A stretch of 62,131 nt of DNA, counting the filler, from Basidiobolus ranarum (lineage: Eukaryota), in the NCBI GenBank assembly GCA_040143965.1. It is 9 parts of 9 records of this genome, joined end to end, with 100 filler letters (N's around TTAATTAATTAA, not from the genome) between each part and the next. Parts side by side here need not be neighbours in the genome. Positions count along the whole stretch, not along the records: positions 48,430 to 55,232 come from JASJQH010001241.1; positions 55,333 to 62,131 come from JASJQH010001242.1; 7 more parts are not named here. One strand, 5' to 3'. Below are positions 48,430-62,131 of this stretch, in pieces. The notes beneath the pieces are model-generated. The model was not told the DNA's origin, did not search any database, and saw only the letters and a program-made list of their open reading frames with translations. A program made the translations under genes and the position numbers. How positions within the stretch are numbered: the first letter of the stretch is position 1; each line of letters begins with the position of its first letter.

Positions 48430-49873
48430 TATTGGAATGAGCGGTCTTACATTGGAGTCCGATCTAACCAGACTACTGAGAGAAAATCTTACCATCGTTA
48501 ACGAGCTCGCGAACTCACTGCTAACTCTCATCGATGATATTTTGGACATATCTAAGATTGAAGCAGGCAAGCTGATGATCGAACAAATCCCGTTCTCGCT
48601 AAGAAATGCAGTCTTTGGTGTGCTGAAAACGCTCGCTGTTAAAGCCAATCAAAAGAAGCTAGATCTTGTTTACGACGTTGATAAAGATATACCAGATCAA
48701 TTGATCGGAGACCCATTAAGACTCCGCCAGGTCATTACCAATTTAGTGGGCAATGCGATCAAATTTACCAGTGAAGGTCAAGTAATTCTGCAAGCTACGG
48801 TCAAGAAGATCACTTCTGACAAAACAGTGCTAACATTTTGTGTTGGAGACACGGGTATCGGGATTCAAAGTGATAAATTCAACCTGATCTTTGATACATT
48901 TTCTCAAGCTGATGGATCTACTACCAGGAAATATGGAGGTACTGGTCTTGGTCTATCCATTTCTAAGCAACTTGTTCATCTTATGGGTGGGGATCTGTGG
49001 GTGAATAGTATATATGGTGAAGGTAGTGATTTCTACTTCACTACCGAGTTTACCCTTGGGCATATGCCTCCCGAACAAATTGAACAACGCATTGTCTCGT
49101 TCAGTAACAGAAATGTACTATTCTTGAGTACTCGCAAGCACCCCGAAAGTTTGACTGTATTTGAGATGTTGAAGCAACTTCGGTTGAAGCCGGTCATAGT
49201 CGCATCAGTCAACGAAGCTGTAAGTGTAGCTAGTTCGTCTAAGCCAACAACCCCGCTATTTGACATGGTGGTGGTTGATGAGGTTTCGGATGTAGAAAAG
49301 ATTCGTCAATATCCATGTCTTCGTTACGTCCCAGTAGTGCTGTTGGCTATTTCAATGCCAATGAAGTTAAAAATGAAGAGTTGCATCGATATGTTAATAA
49401 CATCATACATGAATGTCCCAGTAAATATTCCAGAGCTCACTAACGCATTGATGCCTGCTCTGGAATCTCATATAGCCTTAACTACTGAAGTGAATGCCAA
49501 GAAGCTGAAGATACTGCTTGCAGAGGACAACTTGGTTAACCAGAAGATTGCCGTTAGAATCTTAGAGAAACATGGACACGAAGTAATTATTGTCTCAAAT
49601 GGGCTGCTAGCCGTAGAAGCAGTTGAAAATACGAAGTTTGACTTAATTTTGATGGATCTTCAAATGCCCATTATGGGTGGATTTGAGGCTACAGCACGAA
49701 TTCGTGAGATGGAAAGAATTACTGGTATTCACATCCCAATCATTGCACTCACCGCCCATGCCATGATTGGAGACCGTGAAAAATGCCTCGCAGCTGGAAT
49801 GGACGAGTACGTGACTAAGCCGCTTCGATTTAATGAACTTGTTAACACAATCAACAAGTTTCGCAGTGTTTAG
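48430..49873 (+). CDS. NIK1: 3' part of a group III hybrid histidine kinase (NIK1/OS-1 type): end of HisKA, HATPase and two receiver domains
   Basis: RENLTIV..LANSLLTLIDDILDISKIEA, N-box GDPLRLRQVITNLVGNAIKFT, DTGIGI, TFSQADGSTTRKYGGTGLGL, and receiver LLAEDNLVNQ...LMDLQMP...ALTAHAMIGDREKC. The HAMP repeats and H-box lie beyond the contig edge. Confidence 0.9.
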
Positions 49874-50337
49874 AAAAATAGAGAAATCACTCTAAAGCCT
49901 TCGAATTATGGAAGAATTAATAGAGAGGTTCAAGACTTGCGGTTCATGAGCGATCCTATCATATAATACATCATACTTCATTCGTTTGTAGTTTATTATT
50001 ATTGACGCGGTTTTCATTACTGTCTTCACGACACTGATTGAACAAAAAGCTGTATTTGTCCTTATTCTTTGAAGTTTGTAAAGATTTCAGAACTTTACAC
50101 CGTAGCTTCAATACCATTCTTTATGTAGAATTGACTGTTTTTAGATTATAATAATAAATGTTTATCACACCTTCAAAATCCCAGATACTCCGAGATGAGC
50201 TCAGGAATGTTGCTTAGATTCCATTAGCATATTAGAAATTAGTATGCGTAGAGAATAACTTGCTAACCCCACTTTAATTTAAAATTCCCAGATTCCCAGA
50301 ATAGTTAATAGATTTCTGTTTATAATAGAATATCTAA

Positions 50338-50793
50338 ATGAAAACAATTCTATCCAAAAGAAAAAAACATACTTCACATAACTCAGCCGCTACATTCCAC
50401 GTATCATCTATTCCTCTTACTCATATGAACCGTTTCAGTCAAGCCGAAGGTGAATATTTATATTCTACCTCAAAATGTGTACCTCCAGCCTCCAATACCA
50501 CGGATTTCTTTACTCGCCCACCAAAACAGATACATTCTTCGGCCTGGATCTTTCCGTATGCCATGCCACCTAGATCTACCGCCGATCCTCTTCGTAACCT
50601 TGACATCTTTGATAAAAACCCAGCGAAGCACAGTCTCCGTCGACCTGGCTTCGAAAGCAAAATAGAGCAACAACAACAACAGCCATTACCCTCTTCAAAT
50701 AGATCTTCTGAGGGCCTCTTCAATCCACTCACTCTGAAAACACCAAAATCCATCCCGTCCTCGAAATTCGATGTTCGCGTACCTATTCGGTAA
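50338..50793 (+). CDS. Hypothetical low-complexity S/P-rich protein (possibly spliced at the 3' end)
   Basis: 151-aa ATG ORF in AT-rich flanks; it ends at G|GTAAGT, which may be a splice donor. Confidence 0.5.
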   Translation: MKTILSKRKKHTSHNSAATFHVSSIPLTHMNRFSQAEGEYLYSTSKCVPPASNTTDFFTRPPKQIHSSAWIFPYAMPPRSTADPLRNLDIFDKNPAKHSLRRPGFESKIEQQQQQPLPSSNRSSEGLFNPLTLKTPKSIPSSKFDVRVPIR

Positions 50794-52197
50794 GTTTATA
50801 TATAGAGAGACTCGATTTTATGTAAAATTAACAATCTTTTTCGGAACTACTTATAGTGAGGATCCTGCCATCACTTCATCTTATGATTAAAGTTCGATAT
50901 TTCTAGAAAGGCACTCTAACATCACTTCAGTTACACTCACTAGTTTGAGCAACTCTTGTATTAAAGTAACGTATATTTTTATATTGATTGATTACTACTC
51001 AATACTTCCTTATGAATGGAAAGAGAAGCTAGTAGCATCCGTCACCTTTTGAATGTGTAATCATTTTTAAAATGGCTGTTATGCGAAGTAAAATTTATAA
51101 TATATATCATTTGGTCAATAAGTAGCAAATACGCGGATTAGTTATATTTTCTACCAATCACTAACCGAATAAGCATCATATGTAACGCCAGAACATCAAA
51201 GGTGTACTTGGATTCCAAGATATGACGACAGAAGTATTGATTGACTAAACACATTCACCTAGTGAACGATGCTCACATCAACAATCCAGAATGGCCAAGA
51301 TCATCACAGCCAAATTAACCAAACTCCCCATCAGATACCAAATTGTGAACCATAGCTTATAGAATATGCAAGGAAGCATCTACACGACACTTAAGAGCTA
51401 CGCATCTACGGAGCGTGCATAGACTATAATCGATATAGAACATATATACTGACTGCATATTATGTTTGAACACGCCTGCAGTTTCCTGAGGACAGCGGTT
51501 TATTCCATTCCAGCCTTGGTTTCTGACAACCAAGAGTGTACAATATGAGATGCTCCTTAGGAATGATATTGTACTAATAATCGGACTTCGTAATACCGAG
51601 CAAGGTTGCTTGAATGTTTCAGAGGATGACTGTTTCGGGTGGACTTGTAACTTGCAGAATCGAACTTTCCTATTGATGTCTCAAGTGTTAGAGTTAGCAT
51701 AATGGTAAAAGCAATTATAAGCCGACTTGTAATTAGAGTCACGGAGGGCCTAGCAGTATCGATCAATACGATTCTAGCTCTCTTAGCGACGAATGACCGG
51801 CTCGTGACGTTCATATAGAACATTAATACTCAATAATGACATCTTGGCTCTATTACTGTGCTAGACTTGTTTCATGCGGGCAATCGCTCCATTTTTTATT
51901 CATACTCTTATTGAGTAGGGAACGGATGCTCGATAATACCGCAAGTGGGAAATAATGCATTAATAGAATCCCTTCTGTTTGTTCTCTATACACTCATCCA
52001 ACCAGATATCTTCCACATATCAAGACTCTTTCGAAAAGATTCTCATTTTTCTTATTTAAGTTTGCTTAAGCCTTAGTTTGTCAAGTATCTTATCTCTATC
52101 ATTTGAAGTGGAATCCATTGTAGATATCTATTCTCACAGCCATATCTCGAAAGTTTCAACTTCACTTTCTTTCTAGACTTTTCTCTCATTTCCCAGG

Positions 52198-53019
52198 ATG
52201 AAACAATTTAGCCCCATTGAAAAGAACGGAAATCTCACCAATATGCCAGAGGAACTAGGGTACGATAGTGTGGAGATTCCTTTCAAATATCAAGAGAGTA
52301 TGGAATGCTTGTATTTAGAAGGGGCGCCTAAAAGGACAAGAAGATGTTGTTGTTGCTTGCATACTCGTAAATCGAAGTACATCTGTGCAGGGATAACATT
52401 TCTACTTCTTACTGGCTTGGGAATTGCTTCTTACTTCTGTTACCCGAGAGGAATGCCTGAGGTGAAATATGAAAGCATGTCGATCCCACGCTTGATAAAC
52501 CGCAAAGCTCAGTTTGGAGAACAATGGAGTCAGTCACCAGCCATGCTAAATATGGAAACTAATATTGATTTTCGCACATATAATCCGAATCTCATTCCTA
52601 TCAAAATGAACAATATCAGCTTATCTGTAAGCCAATAATCATGCATCATCTGATTGAGAGCAAGATACTCATAGTTTATGTTCTTCTAGGTTTATTACAC
52701 CTCTTCGGATCTTAAGCTAAAAATCAGTCAGGGAGAACTGGCCCAGGCCGTCACATTTGCTCCTAGAGAATCCACTAAATTCACTTTGCCATTAATACTG
52801 TCATTCGACACTTCTGATTCTCGTTCTTTAGCGCTAGTGCGAGATATGTTAGATAGATGTGGCATCACGAGTCGATGGAAGCAGCAAATAGCACTTTCCT
52901 ACGAGGCAATTCTGGATATCTCTCTGCTCTCTTGGACTGGGTTTAAACCCCTCATTTCCAACAACATGCTTTTGGATTGTCCATTAAACAGAGACTCTTT
53001 ATTGAGTTTACTCAGGTAA
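52198..53019 (+). CDS. Type II membrane protein with an LEA_2-like domain (intron 52627-52689)
   Basis: RRCCCC, a TM helix ending FCYPR and the YNPNLIPI motif; a GTAAGC...CTAG intron joins in frame with ORF 52786..53019. Confidence 0.8.
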
Positions 53020-53552
53020 CCGTCAGCACTCTCATCACTTTACCCCAAAATACCATGAACGAGATGAGGATCCCTGGTCTTCAGCGTTCATTCATTACCT
53101 GTATCTCGAACGAGACATTGCACATTTTGATCATTTACCCACCTCGGTTTGGCATGCATCGTAACATATCACTTTATTAGCTAACTTACCAACATCATTT
53201 CAAATTCTTAAGCAAAATGATCTTGACTTGTTTATGTTTCGTAAGGAACGCAATGTTAATTCTACTCTCTGTCTCTAGCACACTACATTAAACCAGATTT
53301 AACTAGAATCAATCCAGATGATATCTGAAATATAACGATAACCTCACCTACTACTTGGAACAACTATAGATCAAGCGCGACTTGTGCAATTGCTTCGAAT
53401 GAACCATACTTATTGTATAGTAGGGGTTCATATTACTTTAGTATATGTAGATTAACAAGAAAGATGAATCAAAACGAATCCAGGCATAAGGTTAGGTGAT
53501 GAGATTAAGGAGACGAGAATGCTGGTTGAGCCGAGTGGTAAAATTATGTAGC

Positions 53553-55232
53553 CTAGGGACGCTTTGTAATCGCCTGAATCAGTTGGCTCTGGTAATACTC
53601 TACTTGACTACTCAGCTTGGAATACTCTGTTTGAATCATGGACATCTCCACCTCCATATTTCTGCGTAATTCCACAATCTTCATCTCCATTTCATCGGCA
53701 ATTCGTCTATAATCGTCGATCTTGGCTTGAGTAGTGGTACGCTCATCAGATATGACATCGTATTCTTCACGGAGAGCTTTCAATTTTGACTCAATAGATC
53801 CCCGTTTCATCGATTGATGTTTTTGCAAACGATTGATCTTCTCTTGAGACGCCATTAGCTGGCGATTCATTTGCTAGAAGGGGGAGTATGCTTGGGATTA
53901 CCATCTATATCTTAACAAATCTATTGATGAATGAACTAACCTGCTCTTTGATAGTTAAATCTCGTAATTCGGAATCCTTTTTTTCGATCTCTTCCTTCTC
54001 AATATCCACTTGCTGGAGTGCGTGGTCGTATTTGTTCATTTCGACTTCGCATTCCTCCAGAAGTTTGATCGAAGCAAACACATCCTATCATTGATCAACC
54101 GAGTTATGTTCCGTAATTCAAAATTCACATGGAGATATAAACAACGGGGGTACCTGTTCAACGAAGAACATCATATCAACTTTCGACTGCAATTCTCTAG
54201 CTCTCTTCTCGACGGTGGCAACATTACTTTTGGTATTGGACAGAGTGGCACTTAATTCATCTAAATTCTGCACTAGTTTCTCGGGGCTTTGTACGATCAA
54301 GGAGCGAATCTTTTCACAATCTTGTTTACAATTCATTACTAAGAATTGCGTGTTTGTCTATGGTGGATTCGTGGTATCAATTGGAGTTCATCCCATTGGA
54401 GAGAAAAACTAGCAGCAACTTACCAGAGTATCATTCAGTTCGTCTCGTTTCTTTTTTAAATCCTCAATTTCGGATGAAAGAGCTATCTGTTGCTTTTTAA
54501 GATCCTTTAACCCACGTGTCCATTCGGAATTAGCTATACTAAGTTTTTTTATGGCTGGCTCCTCTTCCGCTCGTTGAAATCTAATCATCATGGTTTAAGT
54601 GGTGGTTACATTATTTCAGTATGAATTAATTCAAATGAATCCCAACTTGATGTTATTCACTTTCTCCGCAAGTTCTTGATAATGTTGCTCAAGTTGTGAT
54701 TTCTCTTCGTTATATTCTTCCTGTAGATATGAAGATTTCATTAGCAAGTAGGTTGTCAATAGAACAAGGCATTTAAATGAGTATTACAGTCTTATGCGCA
54801 TATTGCTCATACATGGCCATCCTCTCCTCCCTAAACTTGGCAAAATTGATGAGAGCGCTTAGAATACGACGAACATGAGTTGGTTCGGGCTTTAACAAAT
54901 CTCTTAGACTAAAGTCATCCACGCCAATCTCAATCATTAACTTATTGCTAAATAAAAGTGTTGAAAAAGAAAGGTTCAGTTATGTAAAGGAGAGCCTAGC
55001 TAAACGAAAATGGCATATTTACAGTTTGGAGAAAAATGACATCTGAGTTAGAGCCGACATGTGGATCTCCGGATTTTCCAACGTCTCTAAGATACCGTTA
55101 GGCGGTTGTTCAAACTGTTCCCTAGGAATACCCATAAATATGTCTACGAAGGCTTCATATACAACTGCTAAACGCAGCGCTGTCGGTTTGGTTAAATCTT
55201 CTTCGGCAAAAAGGATTTGTAAGTCCCGCATG
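53553..55232 (-). CDS. NUF2: Kinetochore protein Nuf2 (Ndc80 complex), multi-exon, 5'-truncated
   Basis: EEDLTKPT..VYEAF, IGVDDFSLRDLLKPEPTHVRRILSALINFAKFREERM, IVQSPEKL and coiled-coil exons; GT-AG introns. Confidence 0.93.
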
Positions 55233-56458
55233 NNNNNNNNNNNNNNNNNNNNNNNNNNNNNNNNNNNNNNNNNNNNTTAATTAATTAANNNNNNNNNNNN
55301 NNNNNNNNNNNNNNNNNNNNNNNNNNNNNNNNTAAGGTACGTAGTGTAATCAGAATGTGTTATCATTTGTTGGGCTTTATACAGGTAGGATGTCCGGATA
55401 CGGAAGAGCGCCATCAGAAACTCTACTCGCGTGATCTGACACTAGATTCCAATTACCGTCAGATAGCCTATCAGGTTACCCTGGCTAAATTTCGGAAAAT
55501 TTGATCCATGACCAATCAGGAAACCTTTGAAACTTTCTAGTTGCAGCCAGAAGACATTATTGTGGGAAAAAGAGTGGCGAATCTCCTATCAAATATGCTT
55601 GGGTGGATACCAGAATACAGTGAGAATGCTCGCTAACTTGTCACGCCCACATAGGAAGCCCGTTATGCTCGTTGGATGTCAAACTTTGATGTCAACCAAC
55701 TCCTGTGTCTAGATTGGCAAGGCTCTAGCAATCAACCCCTTGAAGATATCTCTATCACAGCATTGTGATGCCAACCAGTGTCCCCTCGGATTCAAGAGCA
55801 ACACAGGCCAATCGAGCCAAAGGAGCCGTAATCAAAGGGCCTTGCATTTCAAGGTGTAAAATAGCCCCAGATTTTTCGGTTCGAGCATTTCAGCAGGTGT
55901 CGGTTGGGTAAACTGAAACCTTACATCTATTATTTGTTTACAGCCGTGTCCGAATTCGAACATGAAAATTTAGCTATTGTCAGCTATTGTAAAATAATGC
56001 CTTATTGATTTACTCAATTCATATCAAAATGGGGTATCGGGATGCAGTTTTCTGGAGTGCGACACTATATAAAGCCTACCGGATTAGAGGGCAGGGTATT
56101 TTTATCGCTGTAATTCGTCCTATTTTCCTTGTTGATTCAGTTGGAACATCTTGTACATACATTTTTGATCACACGAAACTTTTTACTCAAGGAACCAGAC
56201 GAACATCCAAGTTTCTCCTGCTGAGTATTTGGTTTCATCCGGATATCCACCATTTAGACTAGCGATGTATTAGTCCTCCCTTCGATATTCAAAATCAAAG
56301 ATATTGGCAATTGCATTGCTACAAGGTACTGCATCTTACTTTTCATAGCTTTTGCTCTCTTCCCATGCTCTCTACAATTTGCCTCTGCTCGAAAGCGATT
56401 CTATTTTAACTCATAGTTTCCTCCTTCCACTACCACTTCGCCACTAAATTTAAAGCGA

Positions 56459-57354
56459 ATGAATTCTAACAGAGCCTCAATACGTGGCTCGCCCGACAAA
56501 ACTCAAGGCAGATACCATAATGTTCAAAATTTACCATTGAAGTCGCCCTCACACACCACTGCTTCACTATCAGTAGATACTCCTCATATCATCACGAGAA
56601 ATAAGCGTAGCCCCTCTAGTCCGATCGAAGGATCCAGTAAAAGGACATACATAGTTCAAGAAAATTCTCAACTCTCTGAATATTCGTCATATGAACCTCT
56701 CCAAAAGTAATACCTTATTTTCTGGCATCGATATAATGTTAGATATTAAATTTGCCTTCTTCTATCCTACAAAGAGTATGTACTTACGGTATCTTTGCTA
56801 GTTCTGGAGCTGAGGACTCCCTCGGCCCAAGGTTTGACTCTTCCGGCCCACTCAATATCAAAGGAATACTCAACTCGGATTCAACGGATCAGCCACTTGT
56901 AGAATCAGTTGAATACGAGACTTCCACATCTCGTACAGATTTTTCTCCATGTAATATCAACTTCCTCTTGAACCCAGATCCATACGATGAATCCAATGAA
57001 TTGAACATCCTGGCAACCGATTCTTCAATCGAGTCTGACGGAGAACCTCTGGACAAAGGTTATTCAGAAGCAACTTCTGATCTGCATGATAGAACCGAAG
57101 CGAAAGATTCCAAGGGGACAAGGGTTACGGGTAGGAAATATGAATGTAATGTTTGTCAAAAGCATTTCAATAGACCCAGCACTCTCAAGACCCATATGTA
57201 CTCTCATACTGGTGAAAGACCATTCGTCTGTCACTACGAAGGCTGTAACAAGCGGTTCTCTGTAGAATCCAATCTCCGTAGACATCTACGAATTCATTAT
57301 CCTGAATCCCGAAATTTGCGTACCAAATGGATACATACATTCGTCAAAAAATAA
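56459..57354 (+). CDS. C2H2 zinc-finger transcription factor with two fingers (intron 56707-56801)
   Basis: YECNVCQKHFNRPSTLKTHMYSHTGERPFVCHYEGCNKRFSVESNLRRHLRIH; a phase-2 GTAATA...GCTAG intron joins ORFs 56459 and 56752. Confidence 0.9.
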
Positions 57355-60300
57355 TCCCTTATGAGAACTTGTTTCGTGATGTGATGCCGTTAGGTAACTA
57401 GTTTCGTGGCTCCCTATTGAATAAGCACGCTACTTGCTAATGGCCGGTTCTTCCGCTGAAACTATCAAGACCTGACCGTCTAACTTTCTATTAATTCAAT
57501 CAGCCAACTTAAGATACAATTAGCGAATGGTATCTTAATGCCCAGCCTTCAGCATCACCACCATTTTTGTTTCCTCATTTCTCCTCCCCAAACAGCTTCA
57601 TCTCATATGTACAGTCTTTAGAAAAAGTAACAGGATTGAGTAACAAGTTCATATACTTAGAATCCATTCATCACATAGGATACCACTTGTGACTCGATTT
57701 CACAGATCGCTTACTACTCATCATTAAAAACTCAAACATTATTCTGTATATGGTGGATGTTGTTGATTTTATCGCTCAGTTGTAACCATCTTATCCACAT
57801 TGATATGATTCCAAGAAACAGGCTTCTGAAGGGCGAATTAGTAGTATTTTGAAACCTGTGAGAAGTGGTTTAAATCTATGAGATAGTAAGGATCTATTCA
57901 CAGTGGCAAAGATTGGCTGTGAAGATTAGATTCTCTTGCATGACACCGATTCTGGACATGGGAAATTAATCATTAGTATCGAGAAATCACTTGACAGATT
58001 CTATGCTATTTTTATAGTAAAATAAAATGTATTGGATTCATCCACCAAGATCCATAATGCTTAAGGTAGCCACAAATAGCCACATGGAACCACCCTAATA
58101 CGGTGGTCAGTTAAGTTAAAATGCAACTACAAGCCCCATTGTGTGTCTACCACACACTCTCTTGTTTACCCCATATATCTATGACTTTCTTGCCTTAACT
58201 AACGTGTCAAAGCACTGAAAAAGATCTTTATGCTTGAATAACCCCAAAATCTAAGGTTCAGACTCTGGATTCGTCACTAGCACTCTCCAGTCTACTCAGG
58301 AAACACTCGTTGATACTCTCGAATGCTCCAGGTAAATGTGACTTTACGAGTTAGTTGTAGCATCATACATGTGCAGACGGTGACCCTTTCAAATCACATG
58401 CATAGATACTACAAAGAACATACCTTCATGGACATCATCTAATACCAGTATAGATTAGTCATACATAGGGAATCTACGCAAGATGTTTCGCGCAATCGTA
58501 GGTCCATTCAAGCGAACTGGGATCTATGATGGCACAGCGGTGGACTCTTGATTCAGGTTCGATCTAGATTTAAACTAATTACTAAGTGATCTATGGCTGA
58601 TTTAAGCGTCGCTTCCATCTCGATTGCAGCCTCTATACTGTTTGGTTTTGTGAATGCAATAGTATATTCAATAGTATATGAATAAAAAAAGACAAGTAAC
58701 ACTGGCATTAAAAAACAACGTCACAATTAAGCTTTTATTCATAGTTGTACTAGCGTCAGTGATCCCCTCTATATATATAGCCAATCAGTCACTTTGATCG
58801 GAACTCAACGACGTATGCATCTGAGACAGCATGACTTATTTAGACATCTGAATCAAGTTATTGTTTCAGGCTCGGATGGAATAGGGACAACAAGCGGATA
58901 ACCTGTATAATTGAGTTAACCACAGGTCGTGGCATGGTGGTTTCTTTTAAGCGGTGAAAACATTCTAGGCTAAAAGCATCTATCGAGGATGGTAATAAGC
59001 GACTAAAACAGTAATCACATAGATTGGCACCCACAAATACCACACGTATTGATGATGCGAATGCTTACAGATATCGAAATACATTGCCATTATAGTATTT
59101 GCTTCACAAACTGCATCAATTTTAGAACATACAGTCTTGTGTCACATATCCAAGGTGTAATAAATCCCCTTGTTTCAGATAGCCACCAGATAAGTAGGGA
59201 CAAGTATATAGAGAAATAAATTATCCACCTACACTACACCGGGCATGAGCATGAAAATTTTCCATCTTTCCCACGCTTTATGCCTTAGAGCAGAGCATTG
59301 TATATAAGAGTTCTTGGAAAACATGATAGAAGTGGTTAACCATGTATCATGTATGTTGTGTAGTTTTTCAATTTTTCTTGTCTTCACTGGTGCGTGTGCT
59401 GGCCAATGATTCGGACAATAAAGTCAATCTATATTGTATATAACGTACTGTCTAACTCATCCACTGAAGGTAATATATATCCATCAATACTTTTTACAGT
59501 TGGAGATATCTATTGTGCCATCAACAATAAATCAGATTAATTTAAACTCTATGCTTTTGAATTTCATGTAAATGTCTAGGCTTATTATAAACTGGAACAC
59601 AATGGCAATAGATACTTTGGAATGTTGCTTTTTCTTTGATTCAATGCTACTCTAAATATCATCCATTAGATATAAATATTTAGAAATGAAGCAGCTGAGA
59701 TGTGAACTGTCCTCCCTTTGACTCAAATATACAACATATGTGGGTTTGATTATCTGAATTATAGTCTGATATTATAAGCCTGCTCGCTGCATAAGATGTC
59801 TTTATTTTCTGGTATAGTTAAGTAATAAAGTCTTTATTTAATGGAAAGTATGTAGGTAACAGAGAGGATGGAAATAGCACATCCTCCTGATCTAATAGAC
59901 AACTCCTCAATGTATATCTAAAATAAATTAAACAGATTGATCTTCAAATGTAGAGTATACTCAGTGGGAGCTCGGCACTTTGAAAAAGAACTCATTTGGG
60001 ACAGTAAGAGTTGAGCGAGTCTCCGTATAGAAACTACAGCAGTGGGGTATACAGATGACAAACTATTGGGCGCCCATACTCACATTTGGTGTATTCTTGG
60101 CATTTGATAGCATAAGACAAAATATGGAGAGAAACGGTATGGTGAGACAGATACATCAGACACTAGAAATCATGATCTTGTCTAACAGGAAACACTGTAA
60201 GGCCTCCCCCTAGAATATAGGATTGTTAGGCTACCTATTACTGCATGGTATAACCACAATACAGGGACATTGAAAGCTAAAGATACGTGTAGCGGCATAT

Positions 60301-62131
60301 CCGGATTTTCTTTTAATCACTCTCATCAATTTCACCATCCCATGCCGGTTTTCAATTCGTCGAGACAGTAATTAAGCGTATCACCTCCTTTGCCGATATT
60401 CCCAGATTCAGTAGCCAAGACTATAGTTCCAATCTTATTCAACTATTGTGAATTATGACTGACTTTCTACGCGGTTTGGCTTAATTTAATGATCACAACT
60501 CAACATGAACATCGCCTTATAAACAAGATTCATTCTTTCGGAGGAAGTTGCAAGTCTACGAGTTTCTGAAAAATCACATAACTGTAGTACCTGCCCAATT
60601 TATTACATCGTGTTCACCTTGACTAACACCAAGCGAAGCATGATCAATCAAGAGACCCACCAAAACTCTAATTAAGGGCACAAAATGGCCCAAAAGCCCA
60701 ATGGGAATGGTATTACTGAAACGGGATCTCCTAGACCGCTTGCCGCCCTACCCTAAACAACGTAACAAGCAATCAAAAAAGGCTATCTGTGTTGGACCAA
60801 GAAAGCTCATAGGTGTTGCCATGATTTAGGCCAAATTAAGTCATACATTTCAATATAGTACTCGGAATAGTAATACCATAAGATCGATAATTCTACAGCC
60901 ACATTGTTGCAATACCATCAAACAGTTCCATTTATGGGGTGTGAACGCTATCTGGGTTGCATACCACTGCGCAGCCCGCTTACCTCTAGCACCCACCTTG
61001 GCAAGCTGCATCTCCAACTGCCCTTGCAACATGCTCCCACTGAACTCCAACGTTCTTCTCAGATTGACACTTGAATCCACCTGTGCGCAATCTGCTCTAT
61101 ACAGAATCCGGCTTTGCGAACGATGTGTGTGATCTAAGATCTAATTAAGGCTAGAATCTGGTGGTAAAGAGTGTCCAATTGAGAGAGGTATCTTTACAAA
61201 CTGCGAATGCCTATTGTGGAAACGGGTTTGCCTCATCTATCACTGCATACGCAACAGGTCCAAATCTCAATTATGCCAAATTAGGGCCTCACTCAAATCT
61301 CAACGTTGCAAAAACGAGAGAGTATTTCCACTCCAATTTCTGGTTAGATGGCAAATTAGGAAGATACGCCAATGCTTTGATCCATATTCATGTAAGGCCA
61401 TATATATAAAATGCCATAAGCAGATCCGATTAATGCCTATGCCAGCCGATTCAATTAGATTAATTTTCCCTAGCAATCATTTAATTGGGTTATCCCTCTG
61501 CGCTGATGGAATGCACCTATCACATAGACCCATTAGTTGCAACAAGCGAGTTATCAAGTAGCAGGAGTTTTGTATCCAGTGTCCATTGTCAATCAGCGGT
61601 AATTAAGCTCAACCCCTGGAATATCAAAGGTGTGTTGAATCACGCCTACCAGCCGTTATCCCTTTTGTCATGCTCTTCGCCGGATCTTGTATTAATGTTA
61701 CAGATTCCCGATTAACCTTACCCTCGAGCTATATTTCCGATATTTGTTCGTCAATGTCCTACTCAACATACTGGTGTTTTTCGGACAGGATAGTTGATAG
61801 TTGTAGCTGGTATGCCCTTTTGCATGTGTTCATGGTGCTTGGGCAATTCCCAGAGTTGACCGCTCGGTTGACCGCACTCGTCCCGGAAGCTAATCGTATA
61901 AAAAACAATCATTAATCGAATTGATCCTTCCCATTTCCGGCTACATCGTAACCAAATTGGTGAAAAATAAAGTCGGTGCAATACTAAATCGTATCATAAT
62001 TGCCTAAAAGCTGTAGTGTCATTCAATGGATTAATAGAATAATTTCCAGTAGCTCTGGATGGTTTCTGTGAGATGAGAGATGTCTCCCATGTGGCAGGAT
62101 TTAAATTGAACACCTCTGCTTCAACAAGGTA

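Noticed and set aside
59352..59700. Signal-peptide-like start MLCSFSIFLVFTGACAG with downstream GT-AG intron-like signals
   Set aside because: In-frame stops follow immediately; at best an unassignable pseudogene.

Overview
Eukaryotic, intron-containing fungal DNA, probably from an early-diverging lineage (Basidiobolus-like Zoopagomycota is an inference, not a match). The window is not one locus. It is nine contigs of about 6.8 kb in descending length order (6829, 6826, 6824, 6819, 6812, 6811, 6808, 6803, 6799 bp), joined by 100-nt N44-TTAATTAATTAA-N44 spacers, so adjacency across spacers means nothing. Contigs 1, 3 and 4 are nests of decayed, strongly CpG-depleted Ty1/copia and Ty3/gypsy LTR retrotransposons; the copia elements have half-tRNA-iMet primer sites. 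The other contigs carry ARMC8/Gid5, a Sld7/MTBP-like gene, an LRR protein, an FSH1 serine hydrolase, cytochrome b5, a CBM18x3 chitin deacetylase, a YcaC-like pseudogene, a group III hybrid histidine kinase, an LEA_2 membrane protein, NUF2, a C2H2 transcription factor and several secreted low-complexity proteins. No multi-gene novel system is evident. The best leads are a secreted precursor ending in a Cys/Arg-rich cationic peptide, a His-rich repeat protein with a CBM19-like module, repeat-restricted CpG erosion and the bacterial-type YcaC relic.
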